Assembly (NCBI GenBank): GCA_036172245.1
Contig: JAYWIR010000102.1
Location: 124,001-184,273 of the forward strand
Source of the DNA: Raillietiella orientalis
Taxonomy: Eukaryota
Direction of reading: 5' to 3'
Length of the DNA: 60,273 bases
How positions within the stretch are numbered: position 1 is the stretch's first letter; each line of letters begins with the position of its first letter. Positions 50,126 through 60,273 of the stretch are shown piece by piece. The position numbers were made by a program, and so were the translations under genes. Below the pieces are notes generated by a model. It saw only the letters and a program-made list of their open reading frames with translations. It searched no databases and was not told the DNA's origin.

Positions 50126-53100
50126 ATGCTGACGAAGTTCAAGTTGTTCGTTATTTCCGGTAAGCTTTGTTCCCACGGAAGGGTGCTGGCTGATGCGGCG
50201 GCACGGTTTCCAGCGTGAGGTGGGACGTGTGTGACGGAGAATGTGAGAGGTCAAGCATTGTTTTCCATTTCCTTTTTACCTGTCGGGTTTTTGCACGCAC
50301 CTTCCTTCAGCCAGGGACGTGTCGTCCCGACACGACGTGCCCTACGCTTTGGAGTCATTTAACTGCAAGCTTCGCCTCTTCCCTGGAGCCAGCAAAAAGA
50401 AGAATTGCAAGGCAGCATTGGTGGGGGACGGGATTTCCTGCAGCAAGTGGCAAAGCGTGCCGTTACCCGATGTTCGGAAGTGGTTGACTTTAAAGATCAT
50501 TTCACCTCCAAAAGCATGCAGATCCCAGGCAAGGTGAGGAGCCAGCTCCCTTTGACGTTGAGAGAGTTTGCAGAGAGTTTTTGCATGACTTGGGATGGTT
50601 AATCGCTGAGTGCTTGGTAGGTGTGCTCTCAGATGACGAGTTGTTTCTGTTTCTGATTAAGGGAAAATGAGTGTTGAGTGTTGCAAGTGTCAGTAAAATT
50701 GTGAAACAAACAGTGATGTTTTTTTTTGTTTTTTTTGGTTTGTTAAAAATCATTTGCAATGATTTCCACTAAGTGTTGAAACTGGATTGCAGAGAGAAGG
50801 TTGCTGTGAGTGTGCATCATCTGGCTGATCAGTTGCCAGGCGAAGGATTTTATCTGTTGGATGTCTACTGGCTGCTGTTGGATTTCTGTGGACCCGAGTG
50901 CGTTGTTGGCCTGTTTGACAGAGGGATCCTGTTCACTCTTTGTGCATTCTGTATGATGTGGTAGATAGATTTCTGTATGTCTCTGCTTGTCAGCACATGT
51001 TGTCAAAATGGCAGTGTGTGTGGAGGGTGGGGAAGGAGCAAATTCTTGTCTCTGTGCGCCTTCTTTCAAGTAGCTTGGATAACTTTCCTTTCTTTTTTTT
51101 TTTTTTTTTTTTTTGTTTCCCCTCTCTTGCACAACGTTTTACTTTTTAATAACGTGGATTGCAGGGACGATCCGGAATTGTTCACCAGTTTGTATCGGCT
51201 TCAGAGCTGGCATCGAGGCTGCTTTTGTTTGTTTACTTACAATCCGAATGCCACCCACGTTCAGCAGTGGGCATGCAGTCTTGGAGCCCAAGTGTGCTAT
51301 TTGAAAGATCCTTTTCCTGTAATTGAGCCAAATACAGCGTGGAGAGGCGCCTTGGGACTGTTAGAAAAAGATCATAAAACTTTCCAAGCTGTTCCTGGAT
51401 TGCGCATTTTGGGTGGCCAAGACGATCGTGCTTGCATTCAGGTGCCTGGGGACTTCCTTATTCAGCCATCCCAGCAAAAGCTGCACCTTTGGTTGTGTCC
51501 TTTGCTGGAGCTACTTGCTTGTGTAGCCACTGCATCCGTACCTCGTGCATGTCTGGAATCTGCACTCTGTTGGGAATTGCAAGCTGAGAATCCTGTGATT
51601 CAGCAGCTGCTTCTGGATCTGTTCTGCAGCACTCAGGTACCCTGAGCTGGGAACGTGCTTGTTTGATTCCTGTGGACAGCTGACGTATTTGTTGCGGTTG
51701 CAATATGTTTGGAGCAACGATGTTAGCCAAGGCACCTCGTACCATGACTTCACGGACAGCGTCTCTTCAGGGATGCTCGAACCTTCGTGGACCGGAGCCT
51801 TGGCATCTCCATGTGCATTCAAGAACGTGGCCGTTTTTGCTGTGTGCTGCTCTGACGGGAGGGTGAGTTTCCTTATGAGATTTGGAATGGTCTTTCAATT
51901 CTGCAATTTGCAGCTGCTACTTTCGAAACTGCAGTCGACCACCAGCGCAGAAGCTGTAGATTGTGAGAGAGAGCGACTTATTCCAAGTGTGGACCCCGAA
52001 AACGTGTTTTGCTTTGCAGATCAAGTGCATCCAGATTGGGCCTCTTGGGTGAACCAGTTAATTGCTGAAGCAGAAGCCCTCGTTCCCGAAGCGGAGTGCA
52101 CCAAGACGGATCGGTTGCATGGCCTGCTGCAGTCTGCTCTGGAACAATTGTGCCTGTGCTGTGCACCAGCTGGGAACGTAGCGCTGTCCAACTTGTACTC
52201 TGTGTGCCATTTGCTGGAAGGTGAACAGTCGTACAGGGAAAGAGGAAGATGCGTTTTGTCACCTGCTGCTCCTTGTCCTGCCGCTGAAGCACCTGCTGAC
52301 AGTTTATTGTCAGTGTTGCAGAAGGCTGGGGAGTTGACGTGGAGAGGTAGCGGTGTTGGAATCAAGAGTCCAGGTGGACATCTCCGATCCGAAGTGGACT
52401 TGGAGGCATTTCTGTCGCTGGAATGGCCACGTGTCCTGAGTGTTCCCTTTGCTAACGTTTTGTAAGAAGGATGCATGCCAGTGTGCTTGTGATGGTGTGG
52501 CCAGTTATAACTGCGGTGCCGCAAGCGAGCGGATGGAGTTTACCGTGCACGAATCGTACCGGCAACTGATCTGGAGAGAAACCACGTCCAGTTGCGTGGC
52601 CCCGCCGGTTCCGTCTGCGAGCAAAGGGAGCGTGTCTGGACAGCAGCAGGTGCATTCCCCGCCCCGGAGAGCGGCAAGGCTTGGTCCGACCTGCCGCAAG
52701 TCTCCCAGACTCCTGGAGAAGCATGTGCGCAGCACGACGTAAGCTTTTCTGTTCTGCCGATCGTCGAGAATCGCTCCTCGGGATTTTCAGCGAGCAGGCT
52801 CTGAGGGATCAGAAGATGCTTTCCGCTTTTCCCGGCAAGACTCCGAAAGAGCTGAACGAATACCTAAAAACCGTAAGCAGGGGGGGGGGGAATGGGGGAT
52901 TCGGGGATAGGAGGGAAGCTCGCTGCAGAAAATACGTAACGGCGTGGTGGCAGCGCTGCAGAAAGAAGGCATAGAATTCGGCCATCCTCTGTTCCAAGCT
53001 TGCGCCAAGAAACTGTTCAGCATCTGCCGAACGTTCGTCAAAGATCTCTTAGTGAATGGTTTGGCGAAACAGCAGCACCTGAAGCGTAACATTCGAAACG

Positions 53101-53159
53101 TTTGCCACGCTCACGTCAGGCAGGTGCTCAATTTCGAGAAACACAAGAAGTGCTACTGA
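50126..53159 (+). CDS. MTBP: MTBP (Mdm2-binding protein; metazoan Sld7 replication-initiation factor), multi-exon; 5' exon boundaries approximate
   Basis: Blocks collinear with recalled vertebrate MTBP: VAVSVHHLADQLPGEGFYLLDV, LYRLQSWHRG...WACSLGAQV...AWRGALGL, YNC...RQLIWRETTSSC, and the C-terminal VVAALQKEGIEFGHPLFQACAKKLFSICRTFVKDL...VRQVLNF. Phase-consistent GT-AG introns from about 50898 onward. Confidence 0.88.
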
Positions 53160-56100
53160 GTGTCGCGGTGTCGCGCAGAGGTCGCTCGCGCGAGTCCGCT
53201 CGTTGCGCAAGCGGACTCGAAAATGAAATTCTGCAGTGGTTTTTCTCCATCCGTGCACGTGGCTTGTTCTTTCGGGAGTGGCTCGCCCGGCGCCCGTGCA
53301 CTTTGGGATGAACGGTGGCGTTTCGACGAACCATTTCTTGAGAGTGTCATTACCGGCCAGCGGCGTGGCCCCATGGACGCCCGCCCTACCACCCACCCAC
53401 CCACCCATCTCCCAATCGGCATGGTCATCCCGCAAGCAGGCGCCGGAGACCTGGACCGTTTCATCGGATGTGAATTTTGCTGATCGTGCCGACATGGAAA
53501 GGGATTCTGTAAATCTCTTCTGCTGTTCAGTGCGTAGAACGCATTCATTCCCTGGTTGGCGGCAGCAATGCATGGAAATGCTCAAGAGATTCGGGGTCGG
53601 CACGTGACGGTTTCTCTTTGCCGTCTTACGATCCTCGAGGGGGAACTGTCCCCGTGTGGGTCCGAGTCGCGGGATCGGTCGTTTGTTTTGCCCTTTAACG
53701 TCTCCGCCGAAAGGGTGATCAATTTTTGGACTTGTTTCGTGCCGAATCCGACGGAGGCCGGCATAGGAGTGGACGTGTGCACGTTGTGTCCGAGTTGCCT
53801 AGTCACGCGGGATTCGTTCTCGCAAGGCTTCGTGCACGAGTGTTTTTGATGACCCAAGGGATGCTCGGCCTTTAATCGTCCTAGGTGCATTTCTTTTCTG
53901 GTTGGTTTCGATGTCGTCCAACAGCACTGCGTCGAAACGGCGACGATGCCGATGCTGGGACCATCGTCTGCATTGGATCCATCTGCGGTGCAAAGGGAAC
54001 CGGGAAATTGGGAAGGCGAGCGCTTGAACAAACGTAGGGTGGGGGCTCTTAGTTTGCAGTTCTTTGCGTAGCAAAGGAGAGGCCCTACAGCGGTGAAGCG
54101 TCAGCTCTTTAGCTGTAATTGCACGTTTACACAAGTTAGCACTCTTAGCTGAAATTTGCGTTCATAGCAGTCCGTTCAACCGAATGTTCCTTGGGAAAAG
54201 CCTGAAGAAGAAGGCAACGCAACGTCCTCATTTCAGGGACATCGCAGTCGCAGTGCACGAAGCCGACGATGCTCTTTGGCGGTTCGTTGTGGTTTGCTCG
54301 CAGTCCCGCATTTTCGCCTTCCTGTCGGGGTGTGTCTCTCGGAAAGCGTGGAGTGTGCAGACGCATTTAGTTTTCAGGCGGCCGCAGAATCAGAGGAATG
54401 CGGGCGAAGACTCCAGCAGCCATCGGTGTGTTTCGTCTTCCATCGAAACTTCTGGTGAGCGCCTGGCATTCCCAACTCCACCCGAATGGACGTGCGGGTG
54501 GAAAGCGCGTTCGTTCGCTCGCGCGACCACGGCAGATTTCGTGTTCTCTCGGCAAACGTACCGTTCGCACCGTGTTGGAAGCTCACGGGAAAGGGATCGA
54601 TTCCGTGACGACCGTGCGGCCTCCTGGGGAAAAAAACGTCTGTCCTGTGGCGCGGAACTTTGTTCTGCGGAAAGGATATGAAGCAGCTCGGAAAGAGCTT
54701 GCTGCAAGCTCTGCATCCGCGTGACTCGCTCCTCCCGCTGGAAGTTTCCTTCTTCCGTAGCAGTCTCATTCGAAGAAGTGAATGGTCGAACGGTCTTTCA
54801 TCCGGAGTATGCTGGATTCCTGTCAGCGGAAATAGGCAGCAGGAGCGCTCTCGTAGTGGGAACCGAGGAACTTTCGTTTCAAGCATGGCGAATCCTGGGG
54901 AAGTTGGCCGCGTAGGCTGCTGCTTTTCACAATTTCGGCTCACCGCTTTGACCGTGTGGATTATCGTCTCGAGGATTTCACGGCACACCGTTTGCTAATC
55001 GCAAGGCGATTCGCGCAGGCTGCAACCTTTTCTTTTTAGCGCATGGCCTTTGTTTGTGGCAATGGAGAGGGGTTATGATAGACGACTGCACTGGTAGGTA
55101 TTGCAAACAGCGAATGGGGCCTTGGAGGAATCTGGAAAATTCGCCGAACGATGCACTGCTTGCAAATTTGCAGTTTCCTTTCAGAAAATGCAACGGTGGA
55201 AAGTCAGCTGAAGTCGGTCTTTTTCGAAGGCTGCAAGCTCCTCTTGCGCCTCCGGGCTCGAGTGGTCCCTGCAAATCCGTCCGTCCGTTGTTTCTCGAAC
55301 GGTTCGCGGTTTCAACCTGACCAAACGTCGCTGACGTTTGAAAGGAGCGAAAGATTCGAAGGGCTACGAAGGCCATTCGGGTTCCGCGGAAAATAGTGCA
55401 GGGAAGTGGGTCTTTGGCAGCAGCCTAGTCCCGATCGGCACGCCGAGGACGCACCCAAACGGGGAACAGAGGTAGCAGCTTTCTGTATCTGCGAACGGGA
55501 ACTGCTCTCGAACGTCCAAGCGAAGAAGTTGGGAACGCTTGCTGGGAAGGTTTGCTTGCATGCATCCTCGAGACAGATCACGGATAAATGAGATCATGGC
55601 ATAGGAGGACAAAGGTGGCTTTTTCAAATTGCCCAAGGGTGCTTCTCCCCGCGGCTAAAATGTTCCCAGATCAACGGATCTCTTGACTTTACAGATATCC
55701 TTAGGATGGACGCGTGGACAGGGAACGTGCGTACGTTTTCAAACTGATTTCTTCACGCATGCACTGAATCTGGAATCTGGAGGAAGAATTTTGCGCAGGT
55801 GAATGAGTGACCCGGAAATGATTTGAATGCATCTCGTATTTGCACCTTTCGCGCTTGGGTACGGGGCTGCAGTGTGTTTGCGTGGAAACCAAGTCTCGCC
55901 GCTGTTGAATGCCTGCATTCGAAAATTCCTCTCCAAATAGAAATGAAGTCATCCTTGTAAATCCGTCGATCATTCCCACGGAACCGCAGAACCGTTGATC
56001 GGCATCAACTTTCTTTTTCCTTCCAAGGAAAATCGTCGCTAACGAATAAAGTTTTCTGGCAATAAAAAAGAAACATCTTTGCATCGCACTCCCTTCTCGG

Positions 56101-58514
56101 GTGTGGTCTTTCTCTCTCTCTCAGTGAAATTCCTACTGCAAGGAAATCGGATGCCCGGAGAAATGTCCCAACGAGGCTGCTTCGACGTAGGCGTCTTTCT
56201 GCTTTTGCTAGAAGCTCGCGGCATCCGTGTGACCAAAAGGTTTGCCTCCAAGTCGAAGCGTTCACCGTTCCAAAGTGTCCGCTATGGCGGTGAACGGGAA
56301 GTCTGGTCTGCCCGATTGCCAGGATTTCCGAATGCCGCTCCAAGTCCGTCTAACGCACTCGTTCCGAGTGAAAGAGGACTCGGGGCCCCGGAGAGCTGGA
56401 CTGGGCAGTAAAGTCGGACAAAACAATTGGCATTCCTGGAGAGGGGCTGTTGAAGTGTTGAGTACCGCTGTTTTAAGAGTGCTGGGATTTTCTGAATGCT
56501 ACGCGTCAAATTACTCGCGCTGTCCCCTCCGAAAGTGCCTTTCTCTGCCCGGGGAACAGTTTCGGGACACGGAAGCTATGGCGCGGCGCGTAGGCACAAA
56601 TGCGGCATTCGTAGGTGAACCTCGGGGAAAGTCGCAGCCTACGGAGTCAGTGCGGACAGTCTGGCTCCTGTCTCGCACTATTTTCGAGTATTTCTTTTGT
56701 GTACGTTTCCTCTCCGGTAAATACGTTTCCTCCCAATGATATTGGGCCCACCATCGAAGTCCTCGAGTGCGAAATTCGAGAAAAATTCGGGTGGAAGTTC
56801 TCTGTTCCGTGCTGGAGGGCGAACGGACCATCTCCACGAGTGTAAGATAAAACGGATGAAAAGCGAGTCCTCGTTGACGGAAATTCCCAAAGGGAAATCC
56901 GCAATTCGTAAGGGTGGGCCAACTTTAGACGGAGTCGACCGAAACGTGGAAACGTCTGCTGTGAGGCAAAAAAGTGTTGCCGACATTTCCTCGTCTAAAA
57001 AACGGGAAAAAACGGGTTCTGTTCGACCGTGTGGTTTCCTTTGGGATCCGGCGTGATCCAAGAAGGGCGATCACCCCTCGCAGCGGGTGTTTCGCCGCTC
57101 GAGGCAGTAGGGGGTTGCCACCCGGGTACGCCCGGGGGAGGCAGCGGGGGGTCGAGCGACCGAATGCGCGATTCGGATGCAGGAACGCTGGTTCAGCTCG
57201 CATACCAATGATTCACCGGCGCGAGCACAGATTCTCATCATCGACCATTAGTAATGAGAGAGTGCAGTCCCCATTTGAAAATGGGGAACTGACGACAACG
57301 AATCCTCAGGAATCGAACGGCAGTCGCGCTACCGCGTCGAGACCTCAGCGGCGACTCCGGGGGTGCGGCGCACTCCGCAAGCCACAACTACGGACCAGGA
57401 CTTTGCCCACTGCCCCCAGCAACTTTCTCAATTTCCTAAACATTGGCCCCCCAAGCTTTTCGATTTCCTAAACATGCATTTGCTGCAACGAAACGCCCCA
57501 CCGTTTACGGGACGATCCGCTTCTCCCTGGAGCTCGTCCTATTTTTAAGAAAAAAAACAAAAACAAAAACCCTGAAGGGAAGGAACCCACCGACTGTTTC
57601 TATTTTATGGGTTCACGGACCATACTTCGGGGACCCCAAAAAGAATAGGAAAACGAGCGTCGATGGAAGCTTTTGCATCTCGATCCAAGGCAGAGGATGG
57701 AAGCACGACTGGCTACAGGAATGGCGCTTTTCAAAGGTTTCCACGCTTCCTCAGAAAGCTTTTTCAAATGGAATGGTTTCTATTGCCACAGCATAGGTGA
57801 ACTTGGGAGGGGAGGGGGGAGAGAGACGCGAAACTATGCCTTACTCTTCCAAGCCCTTGCACAAAGAAAATACTGGCTTTCATGCGAGAAAACGAGAAAC
57901 ATTCCGTGTTGCTACTCTTTGGTGACTTCTCACGATTACTTTAGGAGTCGTCCTCAACCAAGAGAAGAAGAGCAAGACTCTGGAAACCGAAAGGAAGCAG
58001 AGAACGGCAAGAGGAACAGCACGGCAGTCATGCAGTGGGTTCTCAAGTCCAGAGTTTCGAGCCAAAATCGAAGGTGATACGTTTTTGAAAAGGCGGAATC
58101 TCGGGGGAGGAATCCATAATGACGTTCGGCGAAACGCATGCATGCGCGTTGCGAAAGGAGTCGTGGAATTCGTAGTGAATGCAGTTTTTTCCACCAAGGT
58201 TTTGCAAGTTGGCGGCACCGAAGGCGGAAACCACGAAAGCACGAACTTTTGGTAAAGAAACGAAGACGATTTCGCATATTCCCTTGTTTACTCGACGAAA
58301 ACTAGCTCTGATGGAGCATGTGACAAAGGGTTGCTTTGCAAAAACGGGTTCTGGACGGATAGAGGCATCGATTCACGGAGGCGGTCAAGGTATTTCCAAG
58401 TGAGGCTTGCGCCGATCTTTGGCTACTTAACGCATCCATCTATCAGGACGAACCAACGTTCTCATACTTGGAGCCAGTGAATTCGGATCCGGTCATCCAA
58501 GGAAAGGAAACACA

Positions 58515-58980
58515 TCAGGAAACGAGTCGGTGCTTTTGTTCAAGCTTGCGTGTCGATAGTGCAGATATTCCCATCTTCCCGAAATCCAGTTCCATGTAGG
58601 AAACATCAGTCCGAGAAGTTCTTCGGATTGTAATCAAGGTAAAGGTGAGCGACCCATCTATTGAGGCAAGTCCATCGTGCAGGGAAGTGCAGACCTCGGA
58701 CACGAAGCAAAGACTGCAACCACCCTTCAAATCGATCCGCCCGGACGGCTCGACATACCATTTTACTGATAGTTCCCATCCGGACGCTGGTAAAGAAGGC
58801 GAGTGAACCAAATCTCTTTAGAGAACTTGACTGAGAAAGGAAAAATGAGTAATCGGCAGTTTCGCCGGTTTTTCAACTTGGAAGGCGTTCGATCATTGAG
58901 AAGCAATGTGAAATTCCTGCCTTGCACGCAACTCGTCGAACGAATGTATACGTTGGCAGCTTTGCGAACAGAAAACATTG
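58515..58980 (-). mobile_element. Decayed LINE reverse transcriptase remnant
   Basis: RKAANV (WKxAxV-like), SVKFSKEIWFTRL and TDVSYMELDFGK (DVIYLDFxK-like) occur in the expected order. Confidence 0.4.
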
Positions 58981-59294
58981 GAATCCAAGCTGTACACCAT
59001 GAGAAACCGGAAGCTTTCCACTTGATCTCGTCAATTCGTTAGTGAAGGTTCAAGTCCTCACCGTCCGATGTCACAGCAACAGAGAGAGAACTACGTAAAT
59101 GAGCAGCCCTACGAGTCTCAGGTAGAAGAAGGGTCGCCCAGGCACCGTCGGCCTAACAAAGAATACCGGATAGAAGCTCGTCTCAGTCTGTGCTTGACCT
59201 CCTTGACATCATCCACCCGAGGCCATTCTCCCGCATCGTGTGACACATGGTTGTAGCGTACTGTAAAAAGTGCAAACTACGTAAACGGAGACAT

Positions 59295-59342
59295 TGCTCG
59301 TACGAATGCTCGTACGAATGTTCGTACGAATGCTCGTACGAA
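59295..59342. repeat. Four tandem copies of the 12-bp unit TGYTCGTACGAA with palindromic core
   Basis: Directly visible. Confidence 0.95.
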
Positions 59343-60273
59343 GTCCCGAATTCCAAGGCATCGTGAGCGGCGCTCGCATTTGCGCGACGGGCATCTTACA
59401 TTTTCATCCCCGTTATTTGTGCGTGTCGGGCGAGGGTGTACGAACCAAATAAGCCGTGAGGGAAGCGTAGCGAAGTAGAAAAGAGGTGCAAAGAATCTTC
59501 ACAGAAGCGTTTTCAGAAGGTAAAAGGTTACTCCCAACTTATGACTCTTACAAACGTGAATTCTCACGCAACACACCAAGCAGAGAAATGTGCCCGAAGT
59601 ACAATTTCGGAATGCAACTACAAAAGCGCACCAGGATTTCAACCGAGTCCTCAGAAACACTCTTTAAATTTCTTTTCAGCAGCAGCTCCCTCTGAAAGGC
59701 GCAGACCGTTGAAGTCTTCGAAAACCCATTCAGCGAAAGCAATAGGCAGACCATAGCCATTTTGGTAAAAGTGGAAGTCCTCACTAGATAAGGACAAATA
59801 AAGACTCCGTTACCGGAAAAAAAGGATGCACCGGGGGAGCAAGGTAAATAACCGCACTTGCTTCCATCACGGAAAGTATCTCGCAAATGCGTAAAAACTC
59901 TTTCTTTCATTCCAAAAAAACCCTTGTGAAGACCGCAACCGACGCTTACAAAAGTTTCCAACGAGCATTGCTCAACGCCTTGAGTGGTGTGGGGGAGGAA
60001 GCACGAAGGTCGATGGTGATCCCCTGATCGCTGCTTCTCCAAGCAGTTGGCAGATCTCTTGAAGGTTTTGCTGCGGATGTGGCGCGTCGTGCCCCACCCA
60101 CCCTGCGCTCTCTTCCCAGACGTCCACGACGCCTCGCGCGGCAGGCAGCCTCCCATCCGCAGATGACCGTAACGCTCAACGGTGCGAGCAGGACTTGCTT
60201 GTTGCCGCAGGAGTGGACACAGTGCGGTAGGTTTCCGGGAACGGCTGTGCCGGGCTTAACCGGGACTGGTCCA

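Noticed and set aside
53200..58400. Additional host gene downstream of MTBP
   Set aside because: No recognisable protein motifs or consistent splice pattern; probably intergenic or intronic DNA with decayed LINE pieces.
59295..59342. CRISPR-like array
   Set aside because: No spacers, only 12-bp units, eukaryotic context and no cas genes.

Overview
Eukaryotic invertebrate genomic DNA. The very short GT-AG introns, the CALML4 C-terminus and the BP10/SpAN-type astacin point to an arthropod, possibly a crustacean (inference). Four host genes were reconstructed by hand from splice sites and motifs: a ceramide synthase of the CerS1/LAGR-1 type (minus, 2242-3601), calmodulin-like 4 (minus, 10444-11055, start codon not found), an astacin-EGF-CUB metalloprotease with an altered zinc motif (plus, ~26092-33211) and MTBP/Sld7 (plus, ~50126-53159). 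A GC-rich putative orphan gene (~33600-49430) is split by a ~12-kb nest of retroelements (34965-47015). The nest holds several interleaved fragments of an L1/Tx1-like non-LTR family and a ~6-kb decayed NeSL/Utopia-like (R2 superfamily, RLE) element, and is bounded by a 6-bp direct repeat. The Tx1-like family ends in a conserved hairpin motif rather than poly(A). Most remaining intergenic DNA looks like heavily decayed LINE or BEL/Pao remnants. No rRNA, tRNA, snRNA or CRISPR array was seen. Homology calls rest on recalled family motifs, not database searches.
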